The notes below the pieces were generated by a model that was given only the letters and a program-made list of their open reading frames with translations, searched no databases and was not told where the DNA came from. From assembly GCA_964291395.2 (NCBI GenBank), contig OZ219856.1, positions 64,001 to 128,000 on the forward strand: a stretch of 64,000 nucleotides of DNA, read 5' to 3'. Within the stretch, counting starts at the first letter, position 1. Each line of letters begins with the position of its first letter. The stretch is from Alphaproteobacteria bacterium. Its GTDB lineage: Bacteria > Pseudomonadota > Alphaproteobacteria > UBA2966. This document shows positions 11,814 through 19,585 of this stretch, in pieces. The position numbers and the translations under genes were made by a program.

Positions 11814-11956
11814 GGAGAATCCGTACTCGAACCACGAGGCGGGCGAAGATTACCGACTTCCCGAGGGCCGGCGCAAGCCGTATAAGTCGACGTCGCGGCT
11901 CCGCCGGCGCGGGACCCGCCCGGACTCCGTCGCCGCGCCATGATCGACGCTCGCCA

Positions 11957-12736
11957 ATGACGCTCCCGGCCCACCCGATCATCGTCATTCCGGCACGCCT
12001 GGCCGCGCGGCGGCTGCCGGGCAAGCCGCTCGCCGACATCCACGGCGAACCGATGATCGTGCACGTCTGGCGCCGCGCCGTGGAGAGCGGCGTCGGCCCC
12101 GTGCTGGTCGCCTGCGCCGACGCGGAGATCGCGGCGGCCGTCGCGGCGGCCGGCGGCGAGGCGCTGATGACGCGGCCCGATCACCCGTCGGGTTCCGACC
12201 GCGTGTTCGAGGCCGTGCGGTCCGTGGACCCGGCCGGCGTCCACGACGCGGTGATCAACCTGCAGGGCGACCTGCCGACGATCGCCGCTTCCGCGATACA
12301 CGCGGTGCTCGACCCGCTGCGGGAACCCGAGGTCGACATCGGAACCGTGGCCTGCCCCGTCTCGGACGACGCCGGCCGCGGCGATCCCAACGTCGTCAAG
12401 GCCGTGGTCTCGTTCGCCCCCTCGGCGGCCACCGGGCGGGCGCTCTACTTCACGCGCGCCGCGGCGCCGTCCGGAGACGGCCCGCTGCTTCACCACATCG
12501 GCGTTTACGCCTTCCGCCGCCCGGCGCTCGAACGGTTCGTCGGCCTGCCGCCGGCGCCCTTGGAAACCCGCGAGAAACTCGAGCAGTTGCGGGCTCTCGA
12601 GGCCGGCATGCGCATCGGCGTGGCCGTCGTTGACACCCTGCCCCTCGGTGTCGATACTCCGCCCGATCTTGAGCGGGCCCGCGCGATTCTCGCGCCCCCG
12701 CGGGGCGGCGCCCGAGAGCGTTCCGGAGTGACATGA
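11957..12736 (+). CDS. kdsB: 3-deoxy-manno-octulosonate cytidylyltransferase
   Basis: 'IPARLAARRLPGKPLADI','SGSDR','NLQGD','EKLEQLRALE'. Confidence 0.95.
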   Translation: MTLPAHPIIVIPARLAARRLPGKPLADIHGEPMIVHVWRRAVESGVGPVLVACADAEIAAAVAAAGGEALMTRPDHPSGSDRVFEAVRSVDPAGVHDAVINLQGDLPTIAASAIHAVLDPLREPEVDIGTVACPVSDDAGRGDPNVVKAVVSFAPSAATGRALYFTRAAAPSGDGPLLHHIGVYAFRRPALERFVGLPPAPLETREKLEQLRALEAGMRIGVAVVDTLPLGVDTPPDLERARAILAPPRGGARERSGVT

Positions 12737-13683
12737 CCCGACAACTCTATTCCGGGGGGACCGTGGCCTTTCAGGGCGAGCGGGGCGCCTATTCGGACCT
12801 CGCGTGCCGCCTGAAGTTCCCCGACATGGAGTCCCGTCCCTGTCCGTCCTTCGAGGACGCGTTCGCGGCGGTGGAGAACGAGCGGACGACGCTGGCGATG
12901 ATCCCGATCGAGAACTCGATCGCGAGCCGTGTCGCCGACATCTACTACATGCTGCCCAGGACGCACCTTCACATCGTCGACGAGACGTTCCTGCGCGTGA
13001 ACCACTGCCTGCTGGCTCCGAAGGGCGTCGGCCTGTCCGACCTCAGGACCGTCAGCAGCCACCCGCAGGCCCTGGCGCAGTGCCGCCGCACGATCAGCGA
13101 GCTGGGGCTGGAGCCGGTCAGCACCGTCGACACGGCGGGCGCCGCGCGGCAGGTCTCGGAGGGGAACGACGGGCATGCGGCCGTCATCGCCTCGTCGCTG
13201 GCGGGGCGCATCTACGGCCTCGACTGCCTGCGCACGAACATCGAGGACGCCGAGCACAACATCACGCGGTTCATCGTGCTGTCGCGGGAGTCCGTCGTGC
13301 CCGAACAGGGCGCCGGGCGGGTGGTCACGTCGTTCATGTTCCGCGTCGGCAACGTCCCGGCGGCGCTCTACAAGGCGCTGGGCGGGTTCGCCACGCGCCG
13401 GGTGAACCTCACCAAGCTCGAGAGCTACGTCGTCGGCAGCCGCTTCGAGGTCGCGCGCTTCTACGCGGAGATCGAGGCGCACCGCTACGACCCCGACGTT
13501 CGGGGCGCCTTCGACGAGCTCAGCCTGTTCTCCCCCGAGGTGAAGCTGCTCGGCATCTATCCGGCCCACGAGTATCGCGGCGAAGGGGGCCGGCCGATGT
13601 CCGACCTCGACCCGAACGGTGCCGGCCTCCCGGCGGGGGAGGCCGCGGCGTCCGGCCGGGGCGCCGCCGCCGGCACGGTCTAG
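12733..13683 (+). CDS. pheA: Prephenate dehydratase
   Basis: 'AFQGERGAYS','PIENS','SHPQALAQC','NITRF', ACT domain 'NLTKLES'. Confidence 0.93.
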   Translation: MTRQLYSGGTVAFQGERGAYSDLACRLKFPDMESRPCPSFEDAFAAVENERTTLAMIPIENSIASRVADIYYMLPRTHLHIVDETFLRVNHCLLAPKGVGLSDLRTVSSHPQALAQCRRTISELGLEPVSTVDTAGAARQVSEGNDGHAAVIASSLAGRIYGLDCLRTNIEDAEHNITRFIVLSRESVVPEQGAGRVVTSFMFRVGNVPAALYKALGGFATRRVNLTKLESYVVGSRFEVARFYAEIEAHRYDPDVRGAFDELSLFSPEVKLLGIYPAHEYRGEGGRPMSDLDPNGAGLPAGEAAASGRGAAAGTV

Positions 13684-14165
13684 CGGCGGAACAGCAGCCG
13701 GTCGAGGGAGATCGGTCCCGGCCCGAGAGCCGCCACGGCGAACAGGATCGCCGCCCAGAACATGTGGGCGCTGACCCAGGCGTCGGGATAGACGAACAGC
13801 TGGATGACCATGGTCATCGTCAGCATGCCGAGCGCGCCGAGCCGCGTGAACAGGCCGACCACCAGCAGAACCGGCAGGATGTGCTCGGCCAGCGCGGTGA
13901 CGTGGGCCATGAGCTCGGGCAGCGGCAGGCCGAACTCCTCGCGGAACAGGAAATACTGGGTGTCGTTGACGGCGAATATGTTCCAGCCCTCGACCTTGGT
14001 GCGGCCGGAACGCCAGAACACCAGCGCCACCGGCAGCCGCAGGGCCAGCAGCGCCGCCGGCCCCAGCCAGCGGGTGGCGGAGTCGGCGGTGCGGTTGCCC
14101 TGATCGATCAGCGGCGCCAGTCTGCTCCACGCGCCGCCGCCGGCCTTCCGTTCGACATCGTTCAC
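13680..14165 (-). CDS. DoxX family membrane protein (BufD-like)
   Basis: 'VFWRSGRTKV','LVVGLFTRLGA','GPGPISLD'; GTG start overlaps the upstream stop. Confidence 0.88.
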   Translation of the reverse strand: MNDVERKAGGGAWSRLAPLIDQGNRTADSATRWLGPAALLALRLPVALVFWRSGRTKVEGWNIFAVNDTQYFLFREEFGLPLPELMAHVTALAEHILPVLLVVGLFTRLGALGMLTMTMVIQLFVYPDAWVSAHMFWAAILFAVAALGPGPISLDRLLFRR

Positions 14166-14947
14166 GTCGGTTCTCCTTCGCTCGGTTCGGGGGCGCCGCC
14201 GCGGAAGGCGCCGGCGACCAGCAGGTCCCTGAACGCCGGGACGACGTCGAAACCTTGGTCGAGCGCCGCCGCCGCCGCGTGCGCGGCCGCCAGGTCGCCG
14301 CCGCCGAGCAGGGTCTCGGCGAAGGCGCATTGCCCCGGCGTCAGCGGCGCGACCGCGACGGCATGGCCGGGCCGCAGCACCAGCGCGCCGGCCGCCCCGG
14401 TGGTGAAGACGAGATTGCCGGCCGGCGCCGCGTCTCCGCTGTTGGCGTGCCAGATGTCGGCGACGGGATACGCCGAGCGGACCAGCCGGGTCGCCGGGTG
14501 CGGCGTCAGCCGCGCCGCCGCGAGTCCGTCGCCGAGCGCCGTCAGCGCGGCCGGGTCGAGCGCCGCCGCGTCGGCGGCGTGGCGCGCCTCCAGGACCGCC
14601 CGCTCGAGCCGGGCGACGTCGGCGAGGTAGGGCAGTTCGCGCGCCGGCGCGAAGCCCGCGACGAAGTCGGCGAACTCGCCGCCGTAGAGATTGAGCGTGC
14701 GTTCCCGCGCCGGCCGGTCGGCGACGTAGACGCGGGCGATCCGGTCGAAGAACGGCGCGCCGACGAGCCGCAGGACCACCGGATAGGCCGCCGCCAGGGC
14801 CTCGATCAGCGCCACGCGCACGTTGTTGCGATAGACGCGGAAGCGCCGCGCGGCGGCGCCGGAGAAGCCGGCCGGCACGGCGTCCGGCGACGGGTCGCGC
14901 AAGGCCGCCGCGAAGTCCGACTGCAGGGCCGCGGGCGACGTGTCCAT
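14162..14947 (-). CDS. DUF2063-type MNIO partner protein (BufC/HvfC-like)
   Basis: 'RFRVYRNNV','YPVVLRLVG..FF','YGGEFADF','PYLADVARLE'. Confidence 0.88.
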   Translation of the reverse strand: MDTSPAALQSDFAAALRDPSPDAVPAGFSGAAARRFRVYRNNVRVALIEALAAAYPVVLRLVGAPFFDRIARVYVADRPARERTLNLYGGEFADFVAGFAPARELPYLADVARLERAVLEARHAADAAALDPAALTALGDGLAAARLTPHPATRLVRSAYPVADIWHANSGDAAPAGNLVFTTGAAGALVLRPGHAVAVAPLTPGQCAFAETLLGGGDLAAAHAAAAALDQGFDVVPAFRDLLVAGAFRGGAPEPSEGEPT

Positions 14948-14957
14948 GTCCTCCGCC

Positions 14958-15833
14958 TCACGCGGCCGCGGGCGCGGCGAGACGGGCCAGGCGGGTTTCG
15001 GCCTTCGTCGCCTCGGCGTGCAGCACGTCCCAGGCGGGAACGTCCCGGTCCCATTCGATCAGGGTGGGCCGCGCGCCGACGCGGCCGATCAGCCGCTCGT
15101 AGAGCCGCCAGACGGCGTCGTCGACCGCCGCGCCGTGACTGTCGATCAGCAGGCGCTCGCCGCCGGCGTCGTCGACCGCGAACCCGGCGAGGTGGATCTC
15201 GCCGATCAGGTCGCCGGGAATGGCGTCGACGTAGGCTTCGGCGTCGAGGCCGATGTTGGCCGCGCTGACGTGGACGTTGTTGACGTCGACGAGAAGGCCG
15301 CAGCCGGTCCGCCGGGCCGCTTCGGCGACGAACGCCGCCTCGTCCGTCCCGCGGTCGGGCGGCGCCAGGTAGCTGGCCGGGTTCTCGATCAGGATCGGCC
15401 GCCCGAGGGCGTCGTGCGTCTCGTCGATGTTGTCGCACAGGAGGTCCAGTCCGGCCCGGCCGAGGCTCGGCGGCAGCAGGTCGGCGAACCAGACGCCGTC
15501 GCGCGCCGACCAGGCGATGTGCTCGGAGACGAGTCCCGGCTGGAACCGCTCCACGAGCGCGCGCAATGCCGCCAGGTGGCCGCGGTCGACCCGTTCGGCG
15601 CCGCCCAGCGACAGGCCGACGCCGTGCAGCGACAGCGGATAGGCGCCGCGCAGCGCCTCGAGCGCGGCGAGCCGGGGTCCGCCGGCGACCATGTAGTTCT
15701 CGGGATGGACCTCGAACCATCCGATGTCCGGCCGGTCCTCGCGGACCGTCTCGGCGTGCTCGTCCTTGAAGCTGGCGCCGGCTCGCGGCGGCAGCGGCGG
15801 AGAGGAGGCGGAAAAGGGAGACGAGGCCGGCAT
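14958..15833 (-). CDS. DUF692 multinuclear non-heme iron oxidase (MNIO, BufB-like)
   Basis: 'FEVHPENYM','HGVGLSLG','SEH','IENP','DVNN','EIHLAG','DSHG','IEWD'. Confidence 0.95.
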   Translation of the reverse strand: MPASSPFSASSPPLPPRAGASFKDEHAETVREDRPDIGWFEVHPENYMVAGGPRLAALEALRGAYPLSLHGVGLSLGGAERVDRGHLAALRALVERFQPGLVSEHIAWSARDGVWFADLLPPSLGRAGLDLLCDNIDETHDALGRPILIENPASYLAPPDRGTDEAAFVAEAARRTGCGLLVDVNNVHVSAANIGLDAEAYVDAIPGDLIGEIHLAGFAVDDAGGERLLIDSHGAAVDDAVWRLYERLIGRVGARPTLIEWDRDVPAWDVLHAEATKAETRLARLAAPAAA

Positions 15834-15902
15834 GGCGGGCGGGCGCCCCCGTCCGGCCGCCGCCGGGCGCCGGGCCCGGGCGGCGGGTCGAACGGTCGCC
15901 GA

Positions 15903-16205
15903 TCAGCCCTTCGGCAGGTCGCGGTCGAGCTCGGTCAGGCTGCCCTTGACCGTGCGGCCGTCGGTGGTCTCGAAGGTCATCGACTCGCAGGTGCCCGAGG
16001 GGACGAGCGTCCAGGCGTTGCCCTGGTAGTCGACGGTCGAGCTGCCGGCGCAGGTCGTGCCGGGTCCCGCCTTGCAGTCGTTCTTGCCGGCCATCGAGAC
16101 GCCGTAGCACTTGACCTTTTCCTCGCCTGCGGCCGCCATGTCGACGGTCGCGATGTTGGCGGCGGCCAGCAGCGCCGACGCCAGGAACAGCGGGGTCTTG
16201 TTCAT
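15903..16205 (-). CDS. DUF2282 secreted four-Cys precursor peptide (BufA1-like)
   Basis: Signal peptide plus '[40 protein letters not shown]'; AAGGAG RBS. Confidence 0.92.
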   Translation of the reverse strand: MNKTPLFLASALLAAANIATVDMAAAGEEKVKCYGVSMAGKNDCKAGPGTTCAGSSTVDYQGNAWTLVPSGTCESMTFETTDGRTVKGSLTELDRDLPKG

Positions 16206-16323
16206 CGAAGAATCTCCTTCTCTTGGTCCGGTACGGAAGCTCGCACCCTGTCGTCCAGTGTACAGAGGCATCGCCGACTCCAATATGGGAATTCCCGCCC
16301 GGAACATCACGACGCCTGACAAT

Positions 16324-16347
16324 ATCGTGATCGGGATCGTGATCGGG
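16324..16347. repeat. 12-bp tandem duplication (ATCGTGATCGGG x2) upstream of the precursor gene
   Basis: Read directly. Confidence 0.7.
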
Positions 16348-16488
16348 CCGCCGGAGGTTTTTCGTTCGGGCCGGATCGCGGCGCCGGCACCCCGCCCAAC
16401 CCGGGGAACGAAGCGAGACAAGCCGGGACTAGCCGAGACTAGGCGTGATGAGACCGCGTCACGGGGGGTGCCTTGCTCTTGCGATTAC

Positions 16489-16503
16489 TACCCCAATGGG
16501 GTA
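16489..16503. promoter_or_regulatory. Palindromic operator TACCCCA-A-TGGGGTA upstream of an XRE antitoxin
   Basis: Perfect 7-bp inverted repeat 14 bp before the ATG; operator role is inferred. Confidence 0.6.
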
Positions 16504-16517
16504 TATGGGTCCCGGCA

Positions 16518-16799
16518 ATGAGCACGTTCGGCGAAGACCCGATCCGGTCCCTCGGAGAGGCCGTGGCGCAGGCGCAGGGCAGGGGCCCCGCGACTCTTCA
16601 CGCTTCCGCGACCCCCCGCGAGATTCGCAAGCGGAGCAGGCTCACGCAGGCGCAGATGGCCTCTCTGCTGGGCATGAGCCTGTCCGGCTACCGGAAATGG
16701 GAGCAGGGGACCCGTCGGGTCAGCGGCCCGGCTGCGGCGCTCCTGCGCGTGATCCAGAAAGAGCCGGAGGCCGTCCGCCGGGCGTTGCTCTCGGCATGA
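16518..16799 (+). CDS. XRE-HTH protein, HigA-like antitoxin with no toxin gene
   Basis: 'MSTFGEDPIRSLGEAVA...IRKRSRLTQAQMA...YRKWEQGTRRVSGPAAALLRVIQKEPEAV'. Confidence 0.85.
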   Translation: MSTFGEDPIRSLGEAVAQAQGRGPATLHASATPREIRKRSRLTQAQMASLLGMSLSGYRKWEQGTRRVSGPAAALLRVIQKEPEAVRRALLSA

Positions 16800-16900
16800 G
16801 AAGGTCGAAGGCCGCCGGAGGTTTTTCGTTCGTGCCGGACGATTTCGACGGCATGGGCGCCGCGGAGATCCGAGCCATGTTCTCGGGTGGCAACGGCTGA
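16796..16900 (+). pseudogene. Probable C-terminal fragment of a Phd/VapB-type antitoxin
   Basis: 'VPDDFDGMGAAEIRAMFSG' resembles the 'VPDDFD..EI..F' antitoxin tail. Confidence 0.45.
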
Positions 16901-16905
16901 CCGAC

Positions 16906-17301
16906 TCAGCCGGGATTTGCCGCAAAGTCCACGGCAAACGGGGCGGAATGGGGTGAGGTACCCACACCCCGCAGGATTCTTCCCAAGACATCCGACGGCA
17001 TTGGCGCTTCCTGTACCGCGGCACCGCTTTCCAGCATCTTGATCACGTGGGCCTCTGACCGCAGGAACATTCGGCTGTAGTCCACACAGCTTGGGTGCTT
17101 TATGAACGGATGGTCGCCGACCTGGATAACGCATGTGAGGTCGCACCGTCTGCGCTGCGTTATGATGGGGACGACCAGCACCATGCGCCCCACAGCGAGG
17201 TCCGGGTCGGTCAGTACGACGGTGAGATGTAGTTTGTCGGGGTTGGTATGTGTGCCGGGGTACTGGAACGTCGCGCCTGGAACAAGCCGCCCGCTAGCCA
17301 T
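16906..17301 (-). CDS. Putative PemK/MazF-like toxin, partner of the Panacea antitoxin
   Basis: 'HLTVVLTD..VLVVPIIT...DLTCVIQVGDHPFIKHPSCVDY'; overlaps the Panacea gene stop. Confidence 0.6.
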   Translation of the reverse strand: MASGRLVPGATFQYPGTHTNPDKLHLTVVLTDPDLAVGRMVLVVPIITQRRRCDLTCVIQVGDHPFIKHPSCVDYSRMFLRSEAHVIKMLESGAAVQEAPMPSDVLGRILRGVGTSPHSAPFAVDFAANPG

Positions 17302-17881
17302 GCGCCGCCGAGAGTTCGTCTACCGCCCGCGCGGCAGCCACTTCTTGGGCAAGACCGACGGCGTCTTCGGCCCCGAGGGCCTCGAACAGCTCTTGATATG
17401 AGATGGGATCGCTCCCTCCGGCAACTTCCTTGTACTCGGGACAGTTCGCATGGGTGTAGTTCCGCAGTTGCGCAGGTGTGTGGCCGCCAAACCGCTTCCA
17501 GACGATCTGGAGGACTTTGAACTCCGCTTTGCTGACATGGTCCAGGTCTGCTCGTCCCACCGCCCTCGATGCCACGATGGTGTCCCGGCCGTGGCGCCGT
17601 ATGTAACCGTCCCACAGCGCAGGGTCGCCGGTGCCCTCCATTCCGCCCAGCGCTCCCGAGCACACGGGGCCGTGCTCCAGAGAGTAGAGGTCGTCATGGA
17701 GCATGGGCTGGTGGTGGTCCATGAGGAACCGTCTTTCCGCCAGATAGACGAGCTTGGAGAGTTTGAGCTTGTCGATCCGTCCACCTGCCCGGGTAGCGAA
17801 ATAGGCGCAGATCTGCGCCGCCTTGCGGGCGCGGAAGCCCGCAGGAGGCTGTCCTCCAGGATTTGCTGGCTTTCGTGTCAT
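17294..17881 (-). CDS. Panacea (DUF4065/SocA-like) domain antitoxin
   Basis: 'KAAQICAYF','KLKLSKLVYLAER','HGPV','LRNYTH..CPEY'. Confidence 0.85.
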   Translation of the reverse strand: MTRKPANPGGQPPAGFRARKAAQICAYFATRAGGRIDKLKLSKLVYLAERRFLMDHHQPMLHDDLYSLEHGPVCSGALGGMEGTGDPALWDGYIRRHGRDTIVASRAVGRADLDHVSKAEFKVLQIVWKRFGGHTPAQLRNYTHANCPEYKEVAGGSDPISYQELFEALGAEDAVGLAQEVAAARAVDELSAAHG

Positions 17882-18046
17882 GCTGGCCGATCTCCCGGTG
17901 TCCGACACCACAATTGGGTATTGCGCCGCGCCGCGCAAGGGAATTGTCGCCGACCGATCGACCCGGAACGAGCGGTGTGAAGGCCTTGTGGCCTGCTCGG
18001 CGCATCGTCGCCGGCCATGTTGCATCGATTCCCCGGCGCCCGCCGC

Positions 18047-19477
18047 TCAGGCCGCGGGTTCCGGCCGCTCGTCCAGGAAGTGCGCGATCGAGTTGGCGTA
18101 GTACCGCAGCAATTCGCGCTCGGCGCCGTTCGCGCGGTAGAGGCCCCCGGTCTCCTCGACCAGGTGCCGCAGCGTCAGCATCCGCAGGCCGACCGTGACC
18201 GCGTAGTCGTGGTCGGCGCGCGGTATGTGGACGTAGGCGCCGCGCCGCCTCAGCTCGTCGATCAGCGCCTGGGCCTCGGCCTTCACCTCGAGGCCGCTCA
18301 TGGCGTCGCTCCGGCGGACGAACACCGTCGCCACCAGCGGGACCGGCAGCACCGGGACCGCCGCGGCGATCGCCTCGAGCAGCTCGCCGCCCAGCCGCTC
18401 CACCGCCTCCCGCCGGGCGTCCCGCTCGAGGGTGCGGAAGTCGGTCTTCCGGCGCCGGGCGTAGCGCCGCATCGAGATCGGCGCGCCGAAATTCACGCAG
18501 GCGTAGCCGAAGCGGTACCAGCGCCGCCTCAGCATGAGGCCGGCGTTGCGGGCGGCGAACCCGAGCAGCGTCGCGACGGCGAACGTCCTGCCGCGCGGGG
18601 CGGCGTCCGGGTCGAGCGCGCGCAGCAGCGACCGGTCCTCCGGCACGCGGTCGTAGTTGAGCCCGACCGGGACGAACACGAGGTCGCGCTCGCCGTCGGG
18701 GTCGAACGACGAGAGCATGTAGCTGATGAGCCCGAGCTTGGGCTCGCGCAGCCGCCCGTCGCGGCTCAGGCCGCCCTCCGGGAAGACGGCCTGGACGATG
18801 CCGCCGGCCGTCGCCGCCTGGACGTAGCGTGCCAGCACCTGGCGGTAGAGGGGATTGCCCGAGTCCCGGCGCACGAAGTAGGCGCCGAGCGACCGGATCA
18901 GCGTCCTCAGCGGCCAGATCCGCGCCCACTCGCCGACGGCGTAGCTGAGCGCCGAACGCTTCGCCGCCATGTACGCGACGACGACGTAGTCCATGTTGCT
19001 GCGGTGGTTCATGACGAAGACGACGCTCGCCCCCGGGTCGATCGCGGCCAGCGCCTCGTCGTCGGCGTATCCCAGGCGCAGCCGGTAGAGGAGCTGGACG
19101 GTGCGCCGCGCCAGGAAGTAGCCGATGCGGAAATAGGCGTAGGCGTTGAACGACGGGACGATCTCGCGCGCGTAGCGCCGGACCTCGCCGATCAGCGCCT
19201 CCCGCGGCAGGTCCGACGCTTCCGCCCGCGCTTCGACGGCCTGCATCACCACGGGGTCGTACGTCAGCCGGTCGACGAGGACCTGGCGCCTCGTCTGCTG
19301 GAACGCCGGGATCCGCAGGTGCAGGCGCGTGTTCAGCTCGTCGATCGCGCGGTTGGCCCGCCGGCGCAGGAACCAGCGGGCGCCCGGGACGAGAAGCCTG
19401 TCCAGCAGCGCCCACGCCGCCAGGGCGCCGGCCGGGGCCGCCAGCCAGATCGGCAGCGAGATGGGCTCCGTCATCAT
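18047..19477 (-). CDS. Glycerol-3-phosphate / lysophospholipid acyltransferase (PlsB/PlsC family)
   Basis: NHRSNMDY (HX4D), 'GAYFVRR','FPEGGLSRDG'. Confidence 0.88.
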   Translation of the reverse strand: MMTEPISLPIWLAAPAGALAAWALLDRLLVPGARWFLRRRANRAIDELNTRLHLRIPAFQQTRRQVLVDRLTYDPVVMQAVEARAEASDLPREALIGEVRRYAREIVPSFNAYAYFRIGYFLARRTVQLLYRLRLGYADDEALAAIDPGASVVFVMNHRSNMDYVVVAYMAAKRSALSYAVGEWARIWPLRTLIRSLGAYFVRRDSGNPLYRQVLARYVQAATAGGIVQAVFPEGGLSRDGRLREPKLGLISYMLSSFDPDGERDLVFVPVGLNYDRVPEDRSLLRALDPDAAPRGRTFAVATLLGFAARNAGLMLRRRWYRFGYACVNFGAPISMRRYARRRKTDFRTLERDARREAVERLGGELLEAIAAAVPVLPVPLVATVFVRRSDAMSGLEVKAEAQALIDELRRRGAYVHIPRADHDYAVTVGLRMLTLRHLVEETGGLYRANGAERELLRYYANSIAHFLDERPEPAA

Positions 19478-19585
19478 CGTCGTTCGGCGCGGGATGTCGA
19501 CCCTTTATACTCGAACGCGGCCGATGTGTTGATGCGCCGGCCGGCGCCGGCCGACCGAGATGGGACCCGCGAGAGTTCAGCGCCC

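Noticed and set aside
18017-19585. N-terminal 520-aa extension of the S8 peptidase ORF
   Set aside because: It is the antisense of the acyltransferase gene; the lipoprotein signal begins near 19586
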